This document shows, piece after piece, positions 11,917 to 23,614 of a stretch of 64,000 nucleotides of DNA. This DNA comes from Bacillota bacterium (GTDB lineage: Bacteria; Bacillota; Sulfobacillia; Fermentithermobacillales; Fermentithermobacillaceae), in contig JAXGOJ010000009.1 of NCBI GenBank assembly GCA_040767525.1, positions 1,199 to 65,198 on the forward strand, in the 5' to 3' direction. Numbering within the stretch: the first letter of the stretch is position 1; each line of letters starts with the position of its first letter. The position numbers and the translations under genes are program-made. A model generated the notes under the pieces. It searched no databases, had not been told where the DNA came from, and saw only the letters and a program-made list of their open reading frames with translations.

Positions 11917-14288
11917 CTAAACCTTTAGTTTTGCTACGGTAACGCCGGTTCCGCCTTCAGATGCTTCACCCATACGGTAACCGGCGACATACTTCCCTCT
12001 TGATCTGAGATACTCGTCAACTGCCTTCCGCAAAGCACCGGTACCTTTGCCATGAATAATCCTTATTTGTGGCAAAGACGCAAGAAAGGCGTCATCAAGG
12101 TACTTGTCCAGTGCCAGAAATGCCTCTTCCCGGGTCATCCCTCGCAGATCCACCTCATGGGAAACAGACCGGGCTTTTTCTTCTGGCAACGCCAAAATGT
12201 CATTCCTAAGTGCCCTTTTTGCTTTAGGCCTGTGGCTTATACTCCTTAAGTTGCTCACTTCAGTCCTTAATTTGAAAGCACCTATCTGTACGAGAACATT
12301 GTTGTCCGGGGCTTGCAGTTCCAAAACTGTCCCGGGCTCCGTGAATCCGGATACCTGAACCTGCACCCCAGGCTGAATTTCCTCAAGGCCTACAGGCTCA
12401 CCTGCAACCTCTTCTTCTGTTTCAAAAGCCATTTCACCTTGTGTTTCAAGCAGCCTGTTCCGGATTTTCATCGCGGCAGTATCGACCTCTGACGTACTCC
12501 TGCGCCGGCTTTCTTTAATATCTCGAAGCGCCTTTTCAAACTCAACTCTGGCTCTTACAAGAATCGACTGGGCCTCGCGCCTTGCATCATTAATTATCTT
12601 CTTTCTGTCAGTCTCCAGAGAAGCAAGCTTGTTTTCGTATTCGATTCTCAAACCCTCATACAAATTGCACTCTCTTGAAGCCTTATCGGCTTTATTTCTT
12701 GCCTCCTGAGACGCAGCCTCCATTTCTGCAATGACATCTTCAAAGCTAACAACGTCTTCTTGCATGCTGTCACGAGCACGGGCTCAACACATCCTCATCC
12801 AGAGCCCAACCTCCGGGCTACCAGGAATGCGTTGGATCTACCGGGCCTTCCCACAACCAGCCTAAAAGTAGGTAGCATATTCACAGAATCCCATTCCATG
12901 CTTGCATTGGCCATTCCTGAGGTTTTCTGGGCCATTATCTTAAGATCACCATAGTGACTGGTGATAACACAAAGAGCGCCTGAGTCATGGATTTTCTCAA
13001 GTATAGCCCGGGCCAGAGCCGCCCCCTCTTTGGGGTCAGTGCCGGCCCCCAGCTCATCAATTAGAACCAGTTTGCCCCTACCCGCAGAACTCAAAATGTT
13101 CTTCACGTTGGTCATGTGGGCCGAAAAGGTGCTTAGATTCTCTTCAATGGACTGCTCGTCTCCGATATCACACAGAATCTCTTCGATATTGCCGATCTCC
13201 GTCAGGGGGTCACACGGGCATGGCATTCCAGCCAAAGCCATGGCAACCAAAAGCCCACAGGTCTTTAAAGCCACTGTCTTTCCACCCATATTTGGCCCTG
13301 TTATCACTATTGTTCTGGTACCGGCTTCATCCAAAGAAAGGTTCAGGGGCACCGGCTTTCCCTTCAAAAGGGGATGCCACGCTTTAGCCAGGGACAGCAC
13401 AAAACTGTCCTTCAGTTTGGGAAAACATCCGTTCCATCTGAAGAGAAGCCGTGCTTTCGCTAATCCCAGATCAAATTCACCAAGAGCCTCAAGGCCCTCA
13501 AGGAGGCCTTGGCCTACCTCGGCTATCAACGAAGATACTTCTGCAAGTATTCGCTCGATTTCGTCCCTTTCCATAAGTTCCAGGCGCTTGAGCTGGTTTG
13601 CCATCTCTACCAATTCTGATGGCTCCAAGAATAAGGTCTGCCCGGATGCAGATTGATCATGGACAATTCCCTGTATCCTTGATGCGTATTCCTGTCTTAC
13701 GGGCAATACGTACCTGCCATTCCGGATGGTAACAATAGGTTCTTGCAAATACTCAGACAAACTCTTCTGCCGGGTCATTTCCTCAGCCCGTTTTCTCAAT
13801 CTTTCCTGGAATTCACGTAAAGATTTCCTGATAGACAAGAGCGTTGTACTTGCAGTATCCTTAATCTCCCCTTGACCATCCACTGTCTCAGCCAGTTTCC
13901 TTCTCAGTAAAGGGAGTTGAGGAAGCCTGTCTCCGACTCTATGCAGGTTGGTAAATTCAGAATCCAGGCCGGCAATCCAAACAGATACTGCCTCAAAAGC
14001 GGTTAATACATGGAGAATGTCCCTTATATCCGGAGCTGTCAATACTATCCCTTGAACCGCCCCGGATATTTTGGTTTTGACGTCAGGCACCTCTCCTACA
14101 GAAGGTGATGTGGCCTTCAATAGAGCCTGGGCAATCTCCTTACCCACTTTCTGGCGCTCCCGTGCCAAAGATGAATCAACAGGAAATGTCTTTCGGGCAA
14201 GAGCTCTGCCCATTGGTGTTCCTGCCTGTCCGGCCAGGATTTCTTGTACTTTTTCGTACTCAAGAAGTAAAAGAGTCTTGTGGTCCAT
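11917..14288 (-). CDS. mutS2: Endonuclease MutS2 (frame break near 12780)
   Basis: GIVHDQSASGQT, ITGPNMGGKT, DELGAGTDP; C-part Smr domain DLRGM...IHGKGTGALR. Confidence 0.95.
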
Positions 14289-14290
14289 AT

Positions 14291-14851
14291 CTATTCTCTA
14301 ATAACCCCCGAATCTCTCTGATGGTCTCATCTCTAAACCCTGTCTTGTAAAGCTTACGAAGTCTGGTACGAACCCCGTAAGAAGCCTTCTTTCTTTCCTT
14401 TCCGGGAGATCTTCATACTTTTCCATTTCCCTGGCCAAAAAACCTGGCTCCCTGGGCCTCTCAACGAGCCGTCCAATTTCTTTGCCTGTCTCATCAAAGA
14501 ACACAAACATCGGAATAGTCCTTTTCCCATTGGTTATGTACTTGTCCATAATATCTAAATTGTCATCCCTTGAGAATACATACAAGTCCAGACATGGATA
14601 AAGGAAAGCCAGTTTTGCTACAACAGGCAGGTTTTCAAATACAGTCTCCACACCATGACTCTGAAATTGCCAAGTATTCTTATGGAACCTGGGCCAATCT
14701 CGATGATAAAGATGCAAAATAGCTGTGATCTTGAGCGCTTACTTTTGTCTCAGCAAAGTTTGCCTTCATGGTAGGAACATTTATATCAGCTTTATCCACG
14801 TACTGGTCAAAGGTCAGTGCCCTTTTTCAGCCAATTTGTTTCCACTGCCAT
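14291..14851 (-). CDS. Thioredoxin family protein (split by indels)
   Basis: Reconstructed ...ISESWCGDC..NLPV...FSRDDNLDIMDKYITNGKRTIPMFVFFD; GGAGG RBS before ATG 14851. Confidence 0.8.
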
Positions 14852-14868
14852 CTCATCCTCCCTGTTTT

Positions 14869-15515
14869 TCAATTCTTGCTGTCCAAATCATTATGCCTTA
14901 TTTTCCGGGCCGCGGAAGATGCTCTGTTCTTGAGAGGTTCGCTTATCTCATGATACCTTTTCCGGAGCCGTTCAGACGACAGTGACATTATGTCATTAAT
15001 CCTTGATATATTACGGATATCCATATCTCTTACAGAAATAGGCTGAGCCTCTTTCTTGAATATCACCGATACCGCCTGTGGGCTCGCTATCGGCCAGAGC
15101 AGCAACGTCCTCTACGCGATCCACACCTTTTTTGACGCAACACCGCGCGGAGGTCCGACAAAGATACTCTTTCCCTCTTACGGTTATCGTGAATGATTTG
15201 CCCGTTTATTACGAGGGGGGTGGACATGCCCTGGGTAACTTTTTCGGCTCCCGCCAGTGTAGGTTGATTATGCCTCAGAAAATACCGGAGAAACGATACA
15301 ACAAGAATCGGCACGATACCGTTCCAAAGGCTGATGCTTTCTTCTTCCAATGGCAGTGCAGCTGCTGAACCGATAATGATTATGACTGTAAGGTCGAAAG
15401 GAGCAAGTTGGGCTATGGATCTTTTCCCCATGACTCGCATGGCGACCAAAGTCAGAAAAAACATTGCCACAGACCGCAATGCAACCAGCCTCAAACTGGC
15501 CAGCATCTCATGCAA
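14869..15515 (-). CDS. DUF421 (YetF-like) membrane protein (split by indel)
   Basis: RVMGKRSIAQLAPFDL, LVINGQI...LR. Confidence 0.88.
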
Positions 15516-15560
15516 AAATAATCACTCCTCCAGGATAAGTAAGCCCGCCCCCGGCTCTTT

Positions 15561-16732
15561 CTAGTGGTTATTATAGCCCTTCATCCCGGAGCGAATGCCT
15601 TCTTCAAACTCTCCTTTGCTGATCCTTCCTGATAAATACCTCTCAATCAGAGAGGCAGCGAAATTCCGGATGTCAGTTCTCTTGAGAAATTCAGACAAAT
15701 CACCCATGCGGCAACCGGAGTTTTCAAACCCTGACATTAGGGCCAACCTTTCTTCCCGGGTGAGTCCGCTCTCTACATGAAATACAGGCATATCCTGAAT
15801 GTAAGCAGGCATACCACTGGTTGCACGGGCTGCCCACTTCTGGTACTGGCCAGAGTCTTCCCTAATCTAACTGCACGTACTCCGTTATCTTCCTGTGCTG
15901 TGACAACATATCCGGGAACGGTGAAATGGAACCTGGGTTCATCAAAAATGCCCGGAATTGGCAGCATTTGAACACTTCGTCCCCTCTGGCTAATTCCTCA
16001 GCCACTTAAGGAGATGGGGCGTTACAGGGAATAAGGCATTGAACTCATTTTGAATCCACAAATCCAGTGGCTCTTCAAATATAAGAACCGAAAGCGGATT
16101 TTACCCATTCGACATAGTCGAGTAAGGACTGTTCAGTCCGTTTTTGAGTTTGAACCATCCAAACCCGAATCCAGAAAACTCAAGCCGGTTAGATAATAGC
16201 CTGTACTATCCTTTAGATGCCCAGGCCCAGCCCCTTCTTTCGCCAGGCAAAGCCAATGCACATACGAAGGAATGCCCATGATTTTGCCGGCATCAGTCCA
16301 GTATGTTATAGCCGCGTCCTGATAATCTCCGATAGAAACCAGGTCGGTCAAGTCTTGTATACCAGATCCCACAAAAGGCCATTCTGTAGAATAAACAAGA
16401 GAAGGCTCCTCTCCTTTGTAATTGCCGGATAAAAGCTCTTCTATCTTAGACCTGGTTTGAAACAAGACTCTACCTGACACCATGTTCCCTGGCAAAGGCT
16501 TCCACTGCCCGGGCAACGAGCTCTGTATAAGGGCTTGCACCTGGAAGATGGGGTTCCTTTGCATCCTATACCACAATGCTCAACTCTGTAGGAGAGCTCA
16601 GAAGGTGGTTCCTGCCCTTGCCACCTGCAAGCAAAGAACCATAATCAGTAGCAAAACAATTGCCCGTAATCTTCCCACAGATCTCCTCCTACCGTCCTTC
16701 AACGCAGCAGAACAAACAGGTTCGAAGCCCAT
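15561..16732 (-). CDS. Hypothetical membrane-anchored or secreted protein (fragments appear to form one gene)
   Basis: GGGGAGG RBS, ATG 16732, hydrophobic LRAIVLLLIMVLCL; consecutive same-strand fragments with no clear intergenic gaps. Confidence 0.5.
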
Positions 16733-17627
16733 CCTTGCCTCCCCAGGCCGAAAACCTCTCAATTTCCTGAACAGCCTCTGATGTTCTGGGGCCATACCTG
16801 CCGTCGTCACGGTATCGAACTGAACTCCTGAAGGGCTTCCTGAAGCTCACTACTTCCGGGCTCTTATGTTCCAGGGCCAAATGGCTTGCCAAAATCCAAA
16901 GGAGGCTCAGGCCCCCAGATTGTCACTCTTGTTCCAATTGTTACATGCTTCAACAGTTTCTCTACATCTTCATTGAACATCCTCACACAACCCAGGTCAG
17001 TATATGTCCTAACAGACTACGGCCTGTTTTATCCCATGAATGCCATATCCTCCCCATGGCATGTCCACATTATCCACTGTGTCCTGCAAGCGCCTCCTGT
17101 CTCAAAGCCTTTTCTGTCATTCCTCTCCACCTGCCTACAGGGTTAAAGTAGCCCATTTGCCAACAGCAACAGGGTAGGTTTTCCATGGTACCCTGTTTAC
17201 CAATGCTGTCAATTGGTTTTTTCGTATCTATCTCAAGTTGAATTTCACCTTTCCGGTAAAGCCTTTGAAGCTGCCTTGAAAGGCCTTGTAAATCCAAGGG
17301 CCAAGCTTTCCACGCATGTTGATTTACCACCTGCCAGCCCAAGCCAATAACTGCCTGGAATTTTTCTTACGGCTCACACAGTTTCAGCATCGTAGATTTC
17401 ATCAATTGCCCCCGTGTAAAACCCTCAGGTCCTTTAGCCGGACTTTAATTCATGAATATCATGGCGCCCTTACTGGCGGGGTCTGGGGAACAGCGGCTCA
17501 TCTGTTTCATGATGGCGGAGTAGAGAAGGAACCCCGATTTCATACCCATTGCAAGAAACAGTGAGATAAGCAAGATAAAGGCCGGTATCCATAAAAGGCT
17601 CGGCCTGGTTTCTTCTTTGCCGGGCAA
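16689..17627 (-). pseudogene. L,D-transpeptidase (YkuD) with peptidoglycan-binding C-terminus, fragmented
   Basis: Reconstructed MPWGGYGIHG...RP*S...GCVRMFNEDVEKL...GTRVTIWG and DGRYGPRTSEAV; contains an in-frame TAG and indels. Confidence 0.8.
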
Positions 17628-17778
17628 ACCTTCAACACCTTCTTAATAGAAAGTAAACAAGATTCTCAAGGTAAAATATGAAGCCGTATTAATTGCAGGC
17701 TACGCATGACAGGTACGAAGAGACTGGCCTAACAAGGTAGCAAGTGAGTCAAGGCCTAAATGAGCCCGGCCGGAAGGA

Positions 17779-17813
17779 AAAAGCGGCATCGCAGGGTAAG
17801 GGCTTATGCCGCT
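17779..17813 (-). terminator. Intrinsic terminator after polX
   Basis: AGCGGCAT...ATGCCGCT stem followed by TTTT on the - strand. Confidence 0.6.
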
Positions 17814-17831
17814 CCTTGGGGCTAACCTTTT

Positions 17832-19551
17832 TCAAGGAAACCAATCTTCAATACTTAAAGTATTAATTATTGCACCCGGCCCTAACCCTGCCCTACGTAC
17901 CGGCGAGGCGAGCCCGAAAACCATGTCGTCCATCCCTGAAAGGCCGTGCATTCGTAGACACAGCCAGCCTGGCGCCTAATGATACAGCCTTGAGGGCAGT
18001 TTCAGAAAGGTCCAGCCTGTCAGGGGATGAGTTGACTTCAAGAACAGTACCGTTAGAAGCAGCCAATTTGAATAACCTCTCATAAATCCCCTGGTTCCCT
18101 GGCCTGCGGCCAATGAGCCTACCGGCTGGATGTCCTATGATATCCACATTAGGATTTCGTGCAGCTTTCATCGTGCGGTCCAGGCCGCTCCCGTCTGAAC
18201 CTCCAATATCCTGATGAATTGACGCCACAACAATATCCAATTTGGAAAGCAAGTCATCAGGACAAGCAAGGCTTCCGTCTCTCAAAATGTCCACTTCAGC
18301 GCCGGAAAAGATCCTTATTTGCGGATACTTCCTGGATACTTTGTCTATTTCCGCGAGTTGGGCCCTGATCTTGTCAGAATTAAGTCCGTTGATTACCTTG
18401 ATTTTGGTAATGTGGTCAGTAATGGCAATATACGAATATCCCAACTCAAGGGCCTTAAGAACCATTTGTTCTATGCTTCCCAGCCCGTCAGACCAGGTAG
18501 TATGAATGTGGAGGTCTCCTTTAACATCTGAGAGTTCGGCAAGCCTGATGGGGTATTTCCCAAGTGCGGCTTCCCAAAATTTGGCCCGGTGACGGACCTC
18601 CGGCGGGATAAAGCCAATATCCAGTTTCTCATATACATCAGTTTCGGTGACTGCAGAAATTTCTTGCTTTCCTTTTTCAGGACCGTCGTCACTAAAGTCA
18701 TATCCTTTATCCAAAGCCAATCCTTTAATCCAATTGGTGAACCCACAAGGGCCTGTAAGGAGAAGAGTCTTCAAACCGAATTCCTGATCCCTGGCAGTAT
18801 ATATCTTCAGGGGAATTCCCAGATTCGTAGAAAATACGAAGGCCTTCTTCCTCTCGTCCCAGGACCCGGTCCAAACCTTTTCTGAACCAAGGGGCCCAAT
18901 CTTTCTCCTCTGAACCACCCCTGGCAGGCGCTCACAATTTGCCACCTTCAGCAAAACCTCTATAGAAGAAACAGTCTCAAGGGATCTTCTGACTTCACCC
19001 ACCAGGGTTCCTGGAATACCGCCGGCGCGAAACATGTTTGCCAGGTGCCTGGCAACAGGCAAGGCAAGGCCAAGGGTTACCCTGCCTGCATACTTCCTTA
19101 TCTCCTTGAGCCCCTGGGCCATAAGTTCTTCCCTCCTGGCACCAAGGCCCGGGACTTTCTGTATCAGATGGCCTTCGATTGCCTCTTCAAGAGTATCAAG
19201 ATCACAGACTCCAAGAGAATCGTAAAGAGCCTTTGCAGTCTTTGGCCCTATGCCGGGAACCCTGATAAGATCCAGCAGGCCCATGGGAACTTCCCTGGCC
19301 ACACTTTCTAGAAAAGTAGAACGCCCGGTCAATATGATCTCCTTGATCTTCGGTTCAAGGTTTCGGCCAATTCCCGGTACCTCGAGGAGACGGCCCTCTC
19401 TGGCCAGGAGTTCAAGGTCATAATCTCCCCGCTCTATGATCTCAGCTGCTTTCTCATAAGAACGGACCTTGAAAGTACCTTCGCCCTTTATCTGTAAAAG
19501 GGCACCAATAGTCCTTAATATATGGGCGATCTCGTATTTGTGAACTGTCAT
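17832..19551 (-). CDS. polX: DNA polymerase X / PHP domain protein (3' end frameshifted)
   Basis: HhH VPGIG repeats; PHP motifs GDLHIHTTWSDG, ITDH, EVD, ASIH, IIGHP, EVN..PDRLDL; shifted end ...RRAGLGPGAIINTL. Confidence 0.92.
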
Positions 19552-22010
19552 ATTCTCAGCACGGCCCCAAAATCTCTCGATAGTCTATCCATAATCTTTT
19601 GCCTATCCGCTGCCAAATCCTGCTCAGTCAAAGTCTTGTCCTGGGGCTGGTATACAAGCCTGATTGCCAGGCTCTTGTGGCCTGGAGGTACAGGGGGTTT
19701 TCTCCATATGTCGAACAAACTAACCGAAACAAGGTATGTGCCTGTCTCCCAGACTGCATTGATTACATCTCCTCCCGGAACCTCTTCGGAAACGACAACT
19801 GCCAAATCTCTTTCCACAGGCATGAGTTTTGAAATAGGCTCGTACTTCCCCACCTTTATCATTGAAAGCAACCCATGTAAAGAGAGCCATGCCATGGTGG
19901 CAGGCAAGGCCATTTCCAAATTCCTTTGGCATACAGGATGGATTTGACCGATTTCACCTATGACTGACATATTAGCAACGATTTTGGCAGACCTTCCCGG
20001 GTGAAAGGGCATACCGGCCCCGGGAAGATACTTTACATCCTTAATGCCCAGCAAACCCAGTAAGGCAGAAACAATGCCCTTCATCTGGTAAAAATCGGAT
20101 TCCTCAGGGCCCGATAGCCATGTTTCCCTTGCCAGAGCGCCATAGGATAAAAGGGCTATTTGCTCGGCCTCCAGAGGCAACTCGCTTGTAGACTTAAAAA
20201 ACACCCTGCCGGCTTCCCATATGAATATGCCCGGTATCTTCGACCTTTGATTACTCAAAGCCACTTTTGTGAGTCCGGGCAAAAGGCTTGTTCTCAGAAC
20301 CGATTCCTGAGAAGACAAAGGATTCTTTAGCCGCACAGGATTACCTCTGGGATCATCTGAGTGCCATCCGAGCCTGAACAGGTCTTCAGGCGCCAAGAGT
20401 GAATTGGTAACGCTCTCCATACCCCCGAGAGATACAAGCATGGAGCCGATTTTATTCCTGCACAATATTTTGAGGTCAGTAATACCTCCTGGAATGGCTC
20501 TGGAAAGATCTCCGGTGCCTAGTCTGCCGTACCCATAATGCCTTGCTATCTCCTCGATTAAGTCCACTTCAACCCGTATATCTACACGCCTTGGAGGCAC
20601 AACAACACAGATGGAATCCCCATCGCCTAAAGGAATATTATCTTTATCAGTTTCAACCTTAAGGTTGATCCCTTCAAGAAGCCCCCGGCAAGTTTCAGGC
20701 GAAAAGGCTGTTCCAAGCACCCTTTCTACAGCGCTCATCCTGAGATTGATCTTTCTTTGCTCTGGTTTAAGATGGTTAGTTTCCGCGTAACCGGGAACGC
20801 ACTTGCCTCCTGACAAAGCAGCCATGAGATCCCCGGCTCTTTCTGCAACTGCAGCCTGGGCACTAGGATCGACTCCTTTTTCAAAGCGAAGGGCAGCCTC
20901 AGTCCTCAATCTGAGATGCTGAGAAGCAAGTCTTACAGGAAGTGAAGCAAAACAGGCAGACTCAATAAGCACCTTCCTGGTCGTCTCTGTTATCTCAGTG
21001 GCTTTCCCTCCCATTATTCCGGCAACAGCAATAGGCCCTGAGGCATCTGCAATGACTATAGAATCTTCGGGCAAGTCTCTTCTTTCCTCATCAATAGTAA
21101 CCAGGGCCTCTCCTGGTTCGGCGGGCCTTACAGTGATTACATCCCCAAGCAGTTTGTCTGCATCAAAAGCGTGGAGAGGCTGGCCTGTTTCCATCATTAC
21201 GTAGTTTGTTACATCCACAATTAAGTTAAGGGGCCTTTGCCCTGCAAGATAAAGGCGCCTTTCTAATTCTACAGGGGAATAGGCAAAACTGACACCCTTC
21301 ACGACCTTTCCCACGTACCTGGGGCAAAGATCCGGCCTGGGTAACCTAAGTTTAATACCTGCGTCTTCACGACGGCCGTTGCCTGGATCAATGCTCCCGT
21401 AAGGGCCCGCCCAATTCCATTCATCGAGGACCCCAGGCAATCTAAGTGGTGTTTTCGCCAGTGCAGACGCCTCAAGGGCAACTCCGAGAATTCCAAGGCA
21501 ATGTGAGTAGTTGACTGTAAGCTCAAGTTCCATTACCCAATCATCCAGCTGAAAAAGCCTCTTAGCAAAGATCCCGGGAAGAGTATCTTCAGGCAAAAGG
21601 ACAATATCTTCAAAAGGCCTGGGAGGCAGCCCGGTCAGGAGTTCATTGGCAGACAAAACCATGCCCTGAGATAAAACACCATGAAACTCCCTTTCTTCTA
21701 TTCTTACTCCCCCGGGAAGACGAGCTCCCGGACGGGCTACCAGGGTAATCTTGCCCTTCCTAAAACCTGGCGCCCCGCTAACAATCTGCAATTTCTCACT
21801 TCCGGCATCAAGGATGCCTACCATGAGATCGGACTTTTCAGGATGAGGGGTAACTTCAAGTATTTTCCCGGAAACAACTGAAGATACGTCGAGCGTCTCA
21901 TACGATAGATTCTCTACATTAATGCCTGCCATGGTCAAATGCTGGGCTGCTTCCTTGGGGCCCCACGGCAGTTTCACATAATCACCAAGCCACATCCACG
22001 GTACTTTCAT
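19548..22010 (-). CDS. pheT: Phenylalanine--tRNA ligase beta subunit
   Basis: VDVTNYVMMETGQPLHAFD, RFEKGVD, DLIEEIAR, LRTSLLPGL, ERDLAVVV, KSLAIRLVYQ. Confidence 0.98.
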   Translation of the reverse strand: MKVPWMWLGDYVKLPWGPKEAAQHLTMAGINVENLSYETLDVSSVVSGKILEVTPHPEKSDLMVGILDAGSEKLQIVSGAPGFRKGKITLVARPGARLPGGVRIEEREFHGVLSQGMVLSANELLTGLPPRPFEDIVLLPEDTLPGIFAKRLFQLDDWVMELELTVNYSHCLGILGVALEASALAKTPLRLPGVLDEWNWAGPYGSIDPGNGRREDAGIKLRLPRPDLCPRYVGKVVKGVSFAYSPVELERRLYLAGQRPLNLIVDVTNYVMMETGQPLHAFDADKLLGDVITVRPAEPGEALVTIDEERRDLPEDSIVIADASGPIAVAGIMGGKATEITETTRKVLIESACFASLPVRLASQHLRLRTEAALRFEKGVDPSAQAAVAERAGDLMAALSGGKCVPGYAETNHLKPEQRKINLRMSAVERVLGTAFSPETCRGLLEGINLKVETDKDNIPLGDGDSICVVVPPRRVDIRVEVDLIEEIARHYGYGRLGTGDLSRAIPGGITDLKILCRNKIGSMLVSLGGMESVTNSLLAPEDLFRLGWHSDDPRGNPVRLKNPLSSQESVLRTSLLPGLTKVALSNQRSKIPGIFIWEAGRVFFKSTSELPLEAEQIALLSYGALARETWLSGPEESDFYQMKGIVSALLGLLGIKDVKYLPGAGMPFHPGRSAKIVANMSVIGEIGQIHPVCQRNLEMALPATMAWLSLHGLLSMIKVGKYEPISKLMPVERDLAVVVSEEVPGGDVINAVWETGTYLVSVSLFDIWRKPPVPPGHKSLAIRLVYQPQDKTLTEQDLAADRQKIMDRLSRDFGAVLRI

Positions 22011-22048
22011 CTGAATTCATGCCTCCCTAATCCTGTCCCAATGAGTTC

Positions 22049-23080
22049 CTAAAGCCCCCGGAACTGTGATATAAATCTCCTGTCGTTTTCGTAGAGGAGC
22101 CGGATATCGTCAATTGCGTATTTAAGCATGGCCAACCTATCCAATCCAAATCCAAAGGCAAATCCAGTTACGTTCTCGGGATCGTACCCTCCGTTTTTGA
22201 TTACGTCAGGATGGACCATTCCTGCCCCGGCCACCTCCAGGTACCCTGAACTTCCGCAAACTGAACAACCTTTCCCCTGGCAAAGAACACAGGATATGTC
22301 CACCTCGCACGACGGCTCGGTAAACGGAAAGTAACTGGGCCTCAGACGAGTATCCAGATCCTGGCCGAAAAATCTTTTCATGAAAGATGAAATCACACCT
22401 CTAAGCTGCTGAAAGGTAATATCAGTATCTACAGCCAATCCTTCTACCTGATGAAACACAGGATGATGGGATGCATCGGTGGGATCTCGCCTGTATACAC
22501 GGCCAGGAACTACAAAGCGCACAGGTAATTTACCCTTCAGAGATAGCATTCCCCTTATCTGCCCTGGCGAGGTATGGGTTCTCATTAGAGTAGTATCGCT
22601 TAAATAAAAAGTCTCTTGCATATCCCTTGCAGGATGGCAGGAGCTATGTTCAACTTCACAAAATTCATCTCATCGGTCTCTGTTTCACGGCTTTCATAAA
22701 CCGCGAAACCCATACCTGCAAAAATCGCAGTGACATCTTGCAGTGCTTTTGTTAAAGGGTGAAACCCTCCTATTTCATAAATCCTGCCTGGCAATGTAAC
22801 GTCAAGTCTTTCCTTTTTGAGAGCTTCTTCAAGAGCCAGACGTTCCAATTCCTCTTTTTACTCGTGATGCTCTGTACCAGTTTTTCCCGCAAAGCATTCG
22901 CTGCAGCTCCAAATGCAGAGCCTTTCACCGGTGAAAGGCTCCCGATTTCTTTAAGCAGAGAAGATATCTCACCTTTCTTGCCAAGATACCTGACCTGATC
23001 TCATCAAGTGTTTCACTTGATGAAACTTTCCGGATTTCATCGAGAAACCGTGTTTGAATTTCAGACAAGTCGTACTTCAT
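22049..23080 (-). CDS. pheS: Phenylalanine--tRNA ligase alpha subunit (split by indels)
   Basis: [55 protein letters not shown]. Confidence 0.96.
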
Positions 23081-23169
23081 TTCAAGGGGCGCAGACTCCC
23101 CGGAGACCAGAAGCCCTGCGCTTTCCCTCCCTTCACAGTACTTTACTTCTATCATGATTCCTGAATATG

Positions 23170-23410
23170 ACCAAACAAAAAGCTCTCATCCTTTCGGACG
23201 AAAGCCTTGCGCTTCCGCGGTACCACCAAACTTGCCATGGTCTTGGCCCACTTGTACTCTCCGTAACGAGAAGAAACGCCAGGCCTACTACCAGTTCAGC
23301 CCGGTGGCTCAGGAGCGAATTCCAACCAGTTCTCTTGGAGGAAAGTTCTCAGCCGTAACTTCCCTTCTCTGTCCACATCCCTGATCCACGTTCTCCTTCA
23401 TTGCCGGGAC
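23170..23410 (-). ncRNA. T-box riboswitch, Phe specifier
   Basis: Stem I ...GGCTGAGA...GAA-TTC (UUC), T-box TTTGGTGGTACCGCGG, terminator with T-run, upstream of pheS. Confidence 0.93.
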
Positions 23411-23437
23411 TTATTCACGTTTGAGTCATTGCTAGAT

Positions 23438-23563
23438 TTACTGGACCTCAAGATCACTCACTGTACACTCATGGTCCGAATAGTGACGGTAAAGCAGGTA
23501 AGCCAGTACCGATCCGGTCATTTCAAAAACTGACCAAAACAAGTCCGCAATATCCGTGGCCAA
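23438..23563 (-). CDS. YqzL-like small protein (41 aa, below ORF-track cutoff)
   Basis: GGGGG RBS, TTG start, MATDIADLFWSVFEMTGSVLAYLLYRHY... matching the W..F..TG....YLL pattern. Confidence 0.8.
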   Translation of the reverse strand: MATDIADLFWSVFEMTGSVLAYLLYRHYSDHECTVSDLEVQ

Positions 23564-23614
23564 TCCCCCGCCTTCTCGACTCTTTTGCTTATTATAACAC
23601 GAGGGCAATGGACC

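Noticed and set aside
17700-17830. SRP-RNA-like GGAAGGAA motif
   Set aside because: Lacks the surrounding SRP helix; explained by the polX terminator on the opposite strand
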